Source: Lama guanicoe
Lineage: Eukaryota
Length of the DNA: 64,000 bases
Direction of reading: 5' to 3'
Assembly: GCA_013239625.1 (NCBI GenBank)
Contig: MU053365.1
Coordinates: 2,204,115-2,268,114, forward strand
Below the pieces are notes generated by a model that worked only from the letters and a program-made list of their open reading frames with translations, was not told the origin of the DNA and searched no databases. Of this stretch, positions 25,656 through 38,369 are shown in pieces. How positions within the stretch are numbered: position 1 is the first letter of the stretch; each line of letters starts with the position of its first letter. The position numbers and the translations under genes are program-made.

Positions 25656-27114
25656 TCTATACCAATGACATTTAAGACCACAATCTAACTTTGAGACCAG
25701 TCAAATCATGGTGAACCTTAAGCACCCCCCAAAACTGCATAAGATGTGATATCGACTTAGTTAAATTATCTCCTTCCAACTAGACGAGGCTTGGCACACA
25801 AAGCTCGGAGGAAATCTCCCCCTCAGTGCTCTGGCATGCGGGAGACGTGTGGTTCTTGTCTTCTGTAAAACGGCAAAAGTTAATTCAATGTCAAACTCTG
25901 CCTTTGGAAATGAGACCACACACGCCACGCCTACCTCACATCCCCCCATATTGTATGTATATACCATCCGAGTGCAGGTGGTGAGGCGTGTGGACCATTC
26001 ATCATTTTGTTTTTTCCATCAATCGTTTTTGAACCATGGTGAGCACAATATAAAGCACGTGCTTATCCTCAAAGCACCAACCTAAGTCAAGAGAAGACCA
26101 CTTTCTTTGCAGAAAACTTTCTGTTTGCCCTGGCTCATCACGATCTCTGAACAATGGCTACCATTTTACTTCCTTCTCTCTTCCTGCTACAAGCATTTAC
26201 CTAACATGACTGGCAGAGACCAAGATACTGTAAATCTAGAATCCAGTATTTCTAACTGCAATGACCTCTAAAGGAAGAGTGGAGAACTTGAAGCTTCAAA
26301 AACCAGCCCAGTAAGTTGGGCATGATGATGTTCTGTGGCCTTGGGGAAAAAAATCAAAGGCAACATCTCAATACAGCTAATATGATGGAGGCGTTTAGGG
26401 CAGTAAGGCTGCAAAGTATAGGAACTTGAAAGTTATTTTTTAAAATCCTTAAAAGAAAAAAATTCCTAAGGCCTGCGCGCCTGCCAGGCCTCAGCGCTCT
26501 CGATGTGCCTTCTTTTCCTCCTCGATTCGTAATGAGCTGGGTTTGCTCCTTTGCATTTATACATCTTTTCTCTGGTTTTATCATAACTATAGAGTATTTT
26601 GATGACTATGCTTCTTTTTCTCAAAGGACATTGGAGGACACAAACCTTTCATTATACTGGTTGGAAGCAGATAGCAATAGGTAAGCACTTCCCTTTGCCC
26701 AAGCAGTGAGTGTCATCCTGGGAACGTTGACAGAGGGTCAAGAGATGACTGAGAGGGGGTGGGAGTCAGCTGCAAAGAGATGGCATTTCAAGTACATAAA
26801 AAAGCACAGGGAAAGTTGAAGAATGGGTTAACAAAAGGCCAGGAAGGACTGTAGGGAAGCTTAATGTGTGGGCATGTAAGGGGAGAATTTCCAAAATACA
26901 GAACAGAAGAGTTTGAGAAAACAAGGACGAGCTATTTTGTCAGCATCTGTCTGTGTCTCCTGCTAGACGGCGGACTCTGAAGGCATGAGCTGCCTGAGCT
27001 GTGTGCTCCTTACTCTGGTAACGAACCTCTGCACCTCCCCAGCACTGCTAGGCAGAAGCTTGCATGCTTCTGGGCACATATATTGCTGAGGAAATGTGGA
27101 ACAAGGAAATGAAT

Positions 27115-27215
27115 GGAGGGAAGGAAGGAAGGGAGGGAAGAAGGAAGGAAGGGAGGAAGGGAGGGAGGGAGGGAGGAAGGGAGGGAGGAACGGAGGGAGG
27201 AAGGCAGGGGAGAGA
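27115..27215 (+). repeat. (GGAA)n/(GGGA)n purine-rich microsatellite
   Basis: Directly visible; includes GGGAGGGAGGGAGGG at 27159-27173. Confidence 0.95.
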
Positions 27216-30200
27216 TGGAAAAAACGACAAAGATCACCTAGTGCAGGCAAACATCTGATGCTTTGACTGTGTTTGAAAGGGAAAGGACAGCAGCTTCCTT
27301 TTGGTCCTCCTCCCCCCGGAGTGCCTCTTAGCATGCCACGCACATGTAGGTGCTCAGAATGGATAGGAGAGCCCAGCTGTGTGGCTCCGTTCCTCAGTTT
27401 TGCTTATCTTGCAGTGTCAAACTCAAATACAAATCAGAAGAAAGACAGTATTTCTATCTAATGTACCTTGGGGCTAGAAAATGGCTGAGAGGACAAAAAG
27501 GCTGACAGAGAAAAATGTACCTATACAAGGAAACCCAACAGGAGCTCTGACCTTCGGGAAAGCAGCACAGACACTGCCAAGCCGAAGTCCAGCAAGGAGG
27601 ACGTCGGGGAAGAAGCACCCTGACTTTCTGTTCCTCCTCCCCTGGCAATCTCTTGCTGGTACCTCTCCTTGGCTGAACTCTGACAGAGCTCAGAGAGCTA
27701 GAGAGCGATGGCAAAGGGTGGGAAAGGGATCCCCAAGGGCAAGTCAGGCTGAACATTTTTAAAGGCAGACCTCGTGTCCTCCCTGAGTCTTCTCTTCTCC
27801 AGCCGACCATTCTCTGTTCCTACATTCACTCTTCAGAAGATAGAGAGAGCGCCCCATGCTCCACCCCGGATGCCTACTCGTGACCCCACATGGCCATACC
27901 AGTGCAAGGGGGCTGGGACTACCATCTCTCTCAGCCAAGGCAACAGACTTCTGAAGTGCCATCTCTGAAGAAGGACTTGAAGAACCATTTCAGTGGCCAC
28001 ACAATATAGTGACCCATTATGATTTTCACAGTCCTAAAATGCCTGCCCACCAACCCCGTGAGTCAACATTAAGCTGTGCCTCCCACCTATAGGTGCGTAG
28101 TTTACTTTTTGGACCCAAGGGCAAGACCAGACATTTATCCATGTTTACATACCATTTTGATAATGAGCTTTTTTGCTATAGCTTGCTGCATTCTTTTTTT
28201 GGATTTCATAAAAACAGCTTTTTAAATGAAAAGAGTTTTAGATATCATCTAATCCAGCACTATCATTTTTTATAAGTCAAAATGGGACCCAAAGAACAAG
28301 AGGCTTGGGCCAGTGAGGAGTAGAGTCGGGGCAAGGCCTATTGGCGTCCAATCCAAACCTCACAGAGCTTTGATCTGGAGTCACTGGACATTTGAGCCTT
28401 TTTGTACATGTATCTTCCTCAGACACAGGACAAGATCAACTCTTACTTATTCTGCAGTATTGCCTTTTGAAAGCATGCTCGTCTGCTATCAGTCTGACGT
28501 TATTCTCTCCAGCTATTAGGGAGCAGGCAATTTCTTGTATCTGAAGAACTTGGTTCATTTTGCTCTAACAGTGAAAGTCTATTGGATGAAAAAGCCTGCA
28601 TATGGCCTCGCAGCCCTCCGAAGCAATATCATTGAATTACATTTCAATGAGCAGTACTATTAAGAAGCAGGACTATGCTGTTGGATATTTCCAAGAAAAG
28701 CATCCTTCCACTTTAACAAATCCCAACTCACCACAGCCTAAGTCAAGCAAAATTCACAAAAGTCGGCTCATCTAAGCCCCAGATATCACTTTGGTCTCAT
28801 CTACCCATGCATTTCAAAATGAGTGACTGTAACAAAAGCAGATTATTTTTAAATAACACCTAAAAGCCAAACTGAATAAATAAATAATACAATAATATAA
28901 AAAAATGGGCCCTAACTCCTTCATTCCCCACTGAGCCCCTTTCCTGATGCCTACCTTAACATCACGCCTTCGGCTTTCATTAATGCTCAGACCAGAAAAT
29001 GACAATGAATGATGCTTCTCAGCATTTTATGACAAACAGCTTTTGAAGATGCTTTCAGTTTGGTTGGCCAATGTCTCATGCATATGGATCCAGATGATAA
29101 ATGATTTTTAGAATGCAATATCCACGTCCACCACTCCCCTCCCAATCAGCACCTCCAGGAAGAATTTACTAAACAGGATGTAGTTTGTCTCCCACAAAGA
29201 AAGTGGACCTTTTCTTTGTAGCAGATAATAGAAATTGTGTAATACATTGTGCTTTCTTTTATATCCTGACAGCTAGGACGCTCACAGCCAACCGGAACAT
29301 TCGGTCGCTGTTATTATATTAATGAGCTAGTCCTCCGCGTAACTGCTTCCTTCTCAATCACTGTGGAGTTTTTTTTAAACAGTCTTATCATAAACACATT
29401 TTTATTGGAAGCCACCTCAAATCATCTTTGTAACCAGGTATGATAAGTATAACAAAACACCTAATCACCATTATTAATGGAGATAAAACAGCATTTTGGA
29501 GAGGCTGCACCAAAATCCTCACTGCATTTGGTCACGGCCGGATGCTTCTAAATGTCTAGTTTATTGGCATAGACTGTTCTGAAAGCTAATCTGGAAAATG
29601 CAGAGAAAAGTCACAAAAGTGGCCCTACTTATTACTTAACTGGACACAGAAGTCCCTTGAGACCTTTGGTTCACAGTAATACCCAGGCCTGAACTATGAT
29701 CTAGTTGCATCAATTTAGAGGGATAACCGTTGGGGGTGGTTGGGACGGGCTGCTAGGAGAGTCATCAGAAAGCTGATGGAAGGAACGAGAACCTACTAAG
29801 CTATGGGGTATTTTGAAGTGGCCTAAATACGTGAAAACCAGAGGCCATGCTGTTGATAACTCTCACTTAATGTCCCTGATGGGAAAATTCAAGTAAAGAT
29901 AATTCTATTTTCAGAAATAGAAACAAGGACTCCTATAGGTTCAAGTATGCAAGCAAAACGGATGTATGGGCATAATAGTAAGGAAGACAAAGAGTTCGTC
30001 TTATTTACTCAGTCACTTAATTCCCAGTTTTGTGGCTGAACCAGGTAGGCAGAGAAGCAGAGTCTTGCTCAGATCAGCAGAAAAAAGCAACCATGAAATC
30101 AAGCCTCTATTGTGGCAAAAATTACTCTCATTTAGTCCTATAATTTCATCCCTCTCAACTGGGCCACACATCATTCAACATTTCAAACAGAACAAAACAA

Positions 30201-30939
30201 GCCAACAAATCTCTAGCATTACCAGAGCCACAGCCCCTCATGTGGCAAATATCACCTCCACATAAATAACAGGTTGTTAATCAGCAAAGAGGAAGCCTAG
30301 GAAAGTCATGCAAGCCTTTTTGTAAATATCTGGCCAGTTAAGGCCACTCTGCTTTGAAGTGGTCATTCCAAATTTTCAGAGGGAAACAGGATAATGGCTT
30401 GAGGGGTGGGAATCCAAAAATGTTCTGTCCACTTAAGTTTATTTTAAGTTTGTTTGAATACTACATCTCTATATGGTGAATGTTAGACCCACGTAGCATC
30501 AGGTTTCTGCTCAACTAACGTGTTAATAGGGCACAGCAAACTTGACTTTAGCAGCTGTATGAGCCAGAGAAGTTATACCACCTCCCTGTGACGTTTGCCC
30601 TGGCGAGTTCTTAGCAGGTACAAACTCACTGTCAGATGGTCCTTGAGGAGATGCTGTTAACAGGTCCTCCTGTAAGGACACCTTGGAAGCTCACTGGCTG
30701 GCCGACAAAAGAACAGCCCAACTGCACACTAGATCTTATCCGAAACATCCTCTGATCTCATTTAGAATAACAATAACTATAAGCCACCTAGGTAAAGGTC
30801 AATGGCTTCCGGTAAAGACCAAGTCTGGTAGCTCATGTGAATAGAAATATATACAGAAGCACCATGGACCATATGCTCTCTGTTGGCTTCTAGGTCCTCA
30901 TCTTTGACTTTGTGGGGAGACTTCAGGCTCGTTAACGGA

Positions 30940-31431
30940 TGTTGTTGGATGAATAATGTCCACCCAAAAATATCCGGTCCCAATACCTGGATCCTGTAAA
31001 GATTGCCTTATAAGGAAAGGGTTCTTTGTAGATGTGATTAAGTTAAAAGACCTTGAGTTTGGCAGATGATCCTGGATTACCCAGGTGGGCACAAAACAGT
31101 ACCACATGTATCGTACAAAATGGAGCAGACAGAGGTTTGATAGGAACATAGAGGAGAGAGCGAGATGTGAAGATGGACCAAAGAGATTTGAAGATTTTAA
31201 AGACTGGAGTGATGTAGCCACAAATTAAGGACTGTTGGCAGCCACTAGAAGCTGGAAGAGACAAGGAATGAACAGAGCCTGTGGACGTAGCAAGGCCCCC
31301 CGACACCTTGATTTTGGCCCAGTGACACTGATTTTGGACTTCTAGCTTCTACTATGAAAGAATAAATTTCTCTTATTTTAAGGCTTCAAGTTGGTGATAA
31401 TTTGTTACAGTGACCACAGGAAACTAATACA
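30940..31431 (+). mobile_element. MaLR solo LTR (MLT1C/D-like)
   Basis: TG...CA ends; gatgtgattaagttaaaagaccttgag, ccactagaagctggaagagacaagga, aataaatttc...ggaaactaataca. Confidence 0.9.
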
Positions 31432-31924
31432 ATTAAATCTAGAAATGATCTTATATGTCACCTTGATTCAGTCCTCACATATAATACAGAAAAAACTCAG
31501 GAAAGAATTATTCCTGTTTTTGAATAAGGAAAGACTTTTGAGTGATAAACTTGCCAAGTTATATTAGTTAATTTTCACCGACTAGATCCAGAGTCCGAAG
31601 TTTCTAGCCCTAGGGGAGGATCCAAAAATAACCCAAGATGAATAAGGAATTGAATTCTCGGCTTTGGGTTTCAAAATAACCAGGAAAGCCATAGCAATGG
31701 TACAGTTGATCCATATTATTTGTAGATTCTGTACTTACAGTTGCTCATATTTATTTAACCTCAAAATAAATACTTGCAGCACTTTTCTGGTCATTACCAA
31801 ACATGTGCAGAGCAGCCAAAATTTTGAGTTGCTTCCCTGAATGTTCCCAACTGAGGCTGACCAAGGAGAGGCCCCGCATCCTTGTTTCGCTCTCTTACAG
31901 AGACGACCAGAACGGAGGCAGTAG

Positions 31925-32100
31925 GGGGCAGCTGAACAAGGTCTGAATCCCAGTTCCTGCACTTCTTAGTGGGGCAGCTTCCAGCCAGTCCCCTCACACA
32001 TTTGAACCTCATTTACTCTTTTTAGAAAATATTGTAAAGAAGATGGAAACTACCAGGATGAATTGATTTTATGATTTAAGGTAATTATCTATGTGAGATA
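31925..32100 (+). mobile_element. MIR SINE
   Basis: ggtctgaatcccagttcctgcacttcttag...gaacctcatttactc. Confidence 0.6.
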
Positions 32101-32128
32101 TGTGGATATATACATATCTGTCTATTTC

Positions 32129-32131
<3 letters not shown>

Positions 32132-32165
<34 letters not shown>

Positions 32166-32176
32166 TGTGTGTGTGT
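32132..32176 (+). repeat. (TG)n microsatellite
   Basis: About 22 TG units with one interruption. Confidence 0.95.
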
Positions 32177-32569
32177 ACATATTTCCCCTAGGAGCAGTGG
32201 TTCAGTACTCTCTAATTCAGAGCTCATGGTGACTCTGTATACATAAACTATGAGAATAATGAGAACTGACTACACATTATAGAATAAGGATGGATGTGTA
32301 ATATCAAATATAACAGCAAGCAGATGATATGTGGTCCTTCTCCAATGCCAGAATGATATGTAGCCCCCTGCCATGCATATCACTTCCAGGGGGAAATCAT
32401 GGGAGGAAAGAAAGGGAGGCGTAGGAGAATCTTCATCCAAGAGAGGCTGAAGCATAAATCCTGCAGTGACCAAAACTTTATTAGATTAGACTGAAGAAAT
32501 GCACAGAATGCACTAAAAACAAGGTTTCTAGAAGACTGCAGACCAAGAGTCAGCAAAAAAGCTTTTTTT

Positions 32570-32800
32570 TTGTAAAAATGAAAAACAGAAAACAACCTAA
32601 ATATTCACAAATAAAGGATTGTTAAAGTAAATTATAAAACATGCATACCAGGGAGTACTATTCAGCCATTAAAAAGACTAAAGGGGATCTATTTATATAC
32701 ACATGGACATGAAAAGGTCGCATATAATAATGTTAAGTGAATTGTATCATCATAAAACTGACCATATAGCATGATTGCAATTGAGGAAAACAAACCAGCA
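32570..32800 (+). mobile_element. Old L1 (L1ME-like) 3' fragment
   Basis: aaacaacctaaatattcac...ggagtactattcagccattaaaaag...tgttaagtgaa. Confidence 0.7.
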
Positions 32801-33213
32801 TGCATGCGTGGTGTGGATGGGTGGGTGTGCATGCCAATGACTTGGAAGAATCCATACATGACTAATACATACTTTGATTTGTCTCATAGTTTCAATTCTT
32901 TTGTCTCTACACCCATTTCCAAAATCATGTCACATAAATGCCGAATAACAAGGACTTGTAAGGTGAAAAACAGTTGGGAAACTGTTTATTTTGCCTGCTT
33001 GGTTTTTCATAAGTGCAGTTGTCTGCCCTTGTGCACCTAGAGTTTGGCCTTCAACCTTCTCCCCCTTCCAAGGGGATATGCAGCCTTGAACTTACCTATC
33101 AATGCAGAACACAACAGCACGTAACAGAACAGCCTGTCGTGGCATCTTGCTAACCCAAAGGGACTCGGGCTACTTTTCTCAGCTTCCCTCATCTTCACTT
33201 AGCCATTCATTTA

Positions 33214-33670
33214 CAGGTTTACCCCACTATCCAAAACTAGAGTGTTCCTATGAAACCCTCCATAAATCGAAGTGATATAAAGCAAAAAAGCAATTATATT
33301 AGGAGACTCTCGCTAAGGGATGCACAAAAAAATGGAGACAAAGCACAGATGCCCATAGACACAGTTCAAAGCTATGGTGGCTGGATGCTGGGATGCTGAG
33401 TGTGGTTTCTGGGAAGGAGCTTGGTGGGGCCATTCTCCATGCTCAGTGCTTGATGCTCGGGGCACATCAGCCTCTATAGACAAATACTGAATGCTGTTTT
33501 TGCTTTTGGCCTTTTTTTGTAAAAGCAAAAATCCTCTTTTGATTTCTTTTAGTTAGCGAAAACAGGTACTAATGTCGGTCTTTCGTTAAATTTCTTTTTA
33601 TTTTAAAATGGCTTTTACATGTCTTTCATTTAATTGGCTGAAAGCAAACTTGAAAAGTAGGATAAACCTG
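33214..33670. mobile_element. TcMar-Tigger non-autonomous element (MER82-like), both ends present
   Basis: Terminal inverted repeats caggtttaccccac / gtaggataaacctg, each flanked by TA (33212-33213, 33671-33672). Confidence 0.88.
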
Positions 33671-33674
33671 TATT

Positions 33675-34380
33675 CAATCAACACACATTTATTATGTCAG
33701 GCACCCTGCTAGGAGCTTGGACTATGAGGATGAATCTAACGGGCACAATCCCCACCCTCATGAACCTTACAGTTTACACCGAGGATTCTCAACTCCAACA
33801 GTATTGACATTTGGGGCTGGATAATTAATTCTCTCATGATGGGCTGGCCTGTGGGTTGTAGGATGCCTTGCAGCATTCTGAATCCCTACCCATTGGATGC
33901 CAGTAGCACAGTCCTCCACCACAACTGTGACATAAAAATGTCTCCAGACATTGCCAATATTCCCTGGGGGTAAAAAAATGCCCATGGTTGACAACCATTG
34001 GTCTAGACCTAAACAATTAATCACAAGTGTGTGCATTTCTATGAAGGATGGGGCCGGAGGGGTGGGGACAGAGAGCAATGGGGAACTCTGAGCCAGGGGA
34101 AGAGAGAGCCTGATATGGGTAGGGTGGTCAGGAAAGACCTTGGGGTCTTTGTCACTTGCTGGTCCTGAAGTGTTCTTCCAGCAGAGTAGAGTGAGAAGGA
34201 GGCAGCCACGCATGGATCTGAAGGACATGCATTCCAGGTAGAAGGAACAGAAGTGTAAAGGCCCCAAAGTGAGAGCAACTAAGGCAGGTGTGAACTCAGT
34301 GTGCTCATAAAATGGAAAGGCGACCAGTGTGACTGGAGCTCAGTGAGTGACAGGGACAGAGACAGAAGGGCTGCATGTGA
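33675..34380 (-). mobile_element. L2 LINE 3' fragment interrupted by MER20
   Basis: tcaatcaacacacatttatt...ccccaccctcatgaaccttacagt, continuing after 34008 (ggtcaggaaagacct...cattccaggtagaaggaacag). Confidence 0.75.
33780..34000. mobile_element. MER20 hAT-Charlie MITE
   Basis: ttctcaac...tattgacatttggggctggataatt...aaaaatgtctccagacattgcca...ggttgacaaccattg. Degenerate 8-bp TSD gtttacac / gtctagac. Confidence 0.9.
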
Positions 34381-35072
34381 AAGTTTTCACTCCTGTTCTG
34401 CTGGGTGCTCCACACTCTTTCTTTTTCAAAATGTTTCCCATCAAGTTTAGATTAACCAGAAATGAGGATGAATCTAATGGTCACACATCTGAGAATGCCA
34501 GGGGCTTTGAGGAACAGAGAATGTTGTGTTCAGAATGTTCTACTTTATTTGAAAGATAAACTACAAATCCCAGAACACATACAACCTAGGAATTAGACTC
34601 ACTTTATAGCAAATGATTGGAAAGGAATACATGTGCATGAATTTATACCACCTGCTGTTGTCCAACTTTTGGAAACACGGTTGAAACTTCTTTGCCAGAA
34701 AGATGCTATTCTGAGTCACCTCACTTCCACTCTGCCCCATCTTTAACCACAGCAACATAAAACATGAAAAAGGGCCCAGCACGCTACCCGTCCCAGACGA
34801 ATGGAATTCCTCTCCAAGGTATGTTCGGCAAATTCTAATCTCAACTCTAGTGTCATGCACTGAGATTTGAAAAATTTCAAAAGGCCTGACCTTGCATCGA
34901 TCATTAGGAATTGCGACACCAAGAGGAACACAACTTGTTCTGTACTTGTAAGGAGTCAGTTGTTGGCAGCAGTGTTTTGCCCCTCATTTCTTCCCCTTTG
35001 TCCCATGAGAAAGTCAGGCAAGTGTCATGCCCCACCCCCAAACCACAGCGCTCCATTTTTTTTCTAAGATAG

Positions 35073-35501
35073 TGTCAATTGAAGAAAAATGCGCAACCTA
35101 AAAGTTGTGAGCTCAATTTTATTTGGAGAACTTACTGAGGACTATAGCCTGGAACACAGCCTCTCAGAAAGCTCTGAGGAACCGCTCCAAAGAAGTAAGG
35201 GAGGAGCCAGGATATACAGGAGTTTTTACTGAGAAAAACAAAATCATGTAGTCAAACATCAAAAGATTACTGCTAATCACAAAAAAAAAAAAAAAAAAAA
35301 GGCACCAGGCTCACTGAATTCCTTAAATATGTATCTTAATTATCTAGGGCCAGTATCCAGAGTACAGAATGCTTCTTTTATTTTTTCCATCTTGAATTCC
35401 CCTCAGGGTGCATTGTCTGGGGAGGCTGCAGTGGCTGATGGCTTCATGGAGGGCAACATTCATTTTTCTACTGGAATGGCAGGTGACGTTCCCTTTCCAC
35501 A
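35073..35501 (-). mobile_element. ERV1-class solo LTR (MER41-like)
   Basis: tgtcaattg...ttccaca (TG..CA); 4-bp TSD atag/acag; minus-strand AATAAA near 35120; related to the LTR at 114-607; internal A20 run. Confidence 0.85.
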
Positions 35502-35544
35502 ACAGCCACAAAGCTCCAAAGAAACTCATAATTGTCATTCATAC

Positions 35545-35790
35545 TTAGGAGAACAGGCTTCAGTGAAAGATAGGCCTGTGTTGAAGTCTGGCTCTATTTC
35601 CTAGCTGAGTAACTTAGGCAAGAGGCTTTATACTGAGTCTCAGTTTCTATACCTGTAAAATGGGAACCATAATAGTACCACCTTCATAGGGATTTGTGAA
35701 GATGTATTAAAATAATGCACACAATGGGCTTCCACTATGCTAGGTGCACAGTAGGTCTCAGTAAATTCTACTAGTTTTGCTATTGTGGTT
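35545..35790 (+). mobile_element. MIR SINE
   Basis: ctgagtctcagtttctatacctgtaaaatgggaaccataatagtacc...gtaggtctcagtaaat. Confidence 0.85.
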
Positions 35791-36319
35791 GCCATCATTC
35801 TTCATGGTGTGCCCACTGCCACAAGCACACTGGGGTCCTGACAGAATCAGAGAAGCCTTTTAGGGCCAACACTCTAACTTTAATGTGCCTCAAATACCTG
35901 TCTGCCTTCGCAAGGAGGTCTGTGATGCTTTGGTAAGAGTGGGCTCTTAGCAGACATGTATCAGGCAAGTAGCGAGAGATGACATATTGGCTGGGGGATT
36001 GAATTAGATCCTAGAGCTCTCCTCCCATTCAGTGACTCATATTAATGGCAAACATTTCAACAATTTAACAACTCATAACAATGGCATACACTTTAGCAAT
36101 TCATGGCTTACATTTCAACAATTTAACAAAGGTAACATAACCTTTAACATTATACTGAGAGTCTAGAGACCTGGATTCCTGACCCAGCTCTGCTTCAAAG
36201 GAAGCCACATGTCTTCTTCAAATATCTGTTTATTTGTTTATGAAGAGAAAGAGAGTGGACTGCTAGATGGTGTCGTTGGATCCTGAGTGGTGGTGGTGTG
36301 AGGGAGGGGGGACCTATCT

Positions 36320-36900
36320 TTCTACTTCATGAAGCAGAGCCAAGTGGGGCCAAATCTGCACCTGACAGAAAGGAATATGTATCACCTCACCAGAGATGGA
36401 CGCAACAAGCAGATGGGGATTTTGGTTACTGCCTACCAATGGGAGGAGTAGATATTTAATGTGTATGTGTGGGAAGAAGAGTGAACGGAATTTGGTAATC
36501 AGAACAGTGCTCTGTGGCAAAGCATTCTTGTATTCACTAGCCTCTGCTTTCTCCCTCTGTCCCTTGACACACCATGAGACCGCACTTCCTGGCCCACCTG
36601 CAGTTAGCTGGGTCCATGGGGCTGAGTTTTGGCCAATGGAATGCGTGCTGTAGTAGGTGGATTTCACGTACCTCTCAAGCCACCCTCCATGGTTTTTCCT
36701 TCCATCACCCTCCAGTTGGGTGCAAAAAACAAAATCCAGCAGAGAAGTCCAAGGCCTTCCAAGGGGGCGGGAGCTCTTGAAAAAAGGACCCTGAGTCCCT
36801 GAAGCGGAGTTCCCTGTTGACCCAATTAGATTATGAGAGGAATAAGAAATTAACCTTTGCTGTGCTAAGCCATGGATCCTGGAGTCACCCATTAGCCAAG
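36320..36900 (+). mobile_element. MaLR LTR (MLT1I/J-like) with adjacent internal 3' remnant
   Basis: From about 36513: cacttcctggcccacctgcagttagctggg...ttggccaatggaatg...aagaaattaacctttgctgtgctaagcca; preceded by MLT1-internal-like sequence. Confidence 0.7.
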
Positions 36901-37759
36901 TCTGACCGCTGTGTAACTACCTAACTGTTGGCTCATCTCTAACTTGAGGAGGGGTGTTGGGAGAAGTAGACATGACTAACGTCTAGGACAGAGCCCGGCC
37001 CGTTGTAAGTACTCAATAAATGTCATCTCCAGCCTTAGCTATTCACAGCGATTCATTGTAACTACCGATGTTTTTTTCCTTTTTGCTTTTTGACAATAAC
37101 ATCTTTATGTGGTAGAAATATTGACCCTGGAGAGTGAGTCTGAGTTGTTTTAAATTGTTAGACACGTGTAAATGGCCTTGGGGTTTATTCTTGGATAATG
37201 TGACGCTGAAGCCATTGTATACAGTAAACAAGCTCACCAGTGCCTCAGCCTCTGCTGATCTCAGAAACCACAAACGCTGTTCTTGAATAGGGGAAGACAA
37301 ATATGCCATGCAATCTGATAACTGCAAGAAAAGCTTTCTCTTCTCTATATTGACTTCAATGTGAATTCTGTCTATTTTGAAAAAAATAATAATAAACCAC
37401 TATTCACATTTACCATCACAGGACTGAATCACAAAATGTAAGCTGGAACCAACCAGGGTTTCATATCTGCAGCCAGAAAATGATTGAGGGCTGGTTTGGA
37501 GTCCTGTGTTCTATTTGTAATAGCTCCATTTTCCTCTTAATTGTCCCAGCAAAGACACACTCTGATAAAACAGCTGCAGTTCCTATAAAATCCATTGGAA
37601 TAAAAGGCACACTCAGGTAACCCATTCATTATTTTGGAAAAGCATTCGTAGCTTTGACAAAATAATTATATGGAGAGTTAGACTGTAAAAAATTCCATTG
37701 ATTTTCTACATATTCAGATAAATGACACCTCAGAAAACAGACTGGCGCCAAGGGCTCTG

Positions 37760-38360
37760 TGCTATCCATCAATCATTTCTTGGATGCTGGATATGTGCAA
37801 AGTACTTACTAGAGGCTGTGAGGCATCCAGCTACACAAAAGCATGAGAGCAGAGGGTGCAGCAGTCAGGACCTAGCCCTCTTCAGACCCCATCCCTGCTC
37901 AAAAATTTCCACAAGCTCCCCACTGCTTTGAGAATAGTTAAGAAATCTGTTCTTTTGACATTTGAGGCCCTCTACAGTAAAGACTTATTCAACCTTTATG
38001 AACAAATGAACAAGTTGCTGGTGTACAGCTTTCCTATGTCCATGTTGTGATTATGCTGAATCTTGTACCTGCAGGCCCTCCCTCCCCTATCCGTGCCCAT
38101 TGAAATCCAATTTGTCCCTTAAAGCTCATCTCCAGTCTCCTGATTTCATGCAGGCTTAGCTGACTACCTCTCAGAACACTTAGATGTCATGTCTCCTCCC
38201 CTGTGTCACTGCCTCTTTGGGCACTTCTTATCCTCCTTCTCCTTTCTATGTTTGTCATGGTTGCCTTACTGCTACTCATGTTAGGGGTCAAAACTGTCTC
38301 ACTTTTTTACCTCTCACAGTATGCTATATGTGGTTCATGCTCCTTGAATACTTTTGTTAA
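37760..38360. mobile_element. L2 fragments in both orientations
   Basis: Antisense tail (tccatcaatcatttcttggatgc) followed by sense L2 (caagctccccactgctttgagaata...tgctccttgaatacttttgttaa). Confidence 0.55.
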
Positions 38361-38369
38361 AAAGTTAAA

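Noticed and set aside
26963..27343. Pro/Ser/Leu-rich ORFs
   Set aside because: Translation of the (GGAA/GGGA)n repeat.
27481..27810. Overlapping 93-aa and 118-aa ORFs
   Set aside because: No recognisable domain, splice context, or poly-A/TSD of a retrocopy.
33767..34267. 166-aa minus-strand ORF
   Set aside because: Spans L2 and MER20 repeats; a chance frame.
36314..36892. 192-aa minus-strand ORF
   Set aside because: Lies within MaLR sequence and resembles no protein I know.
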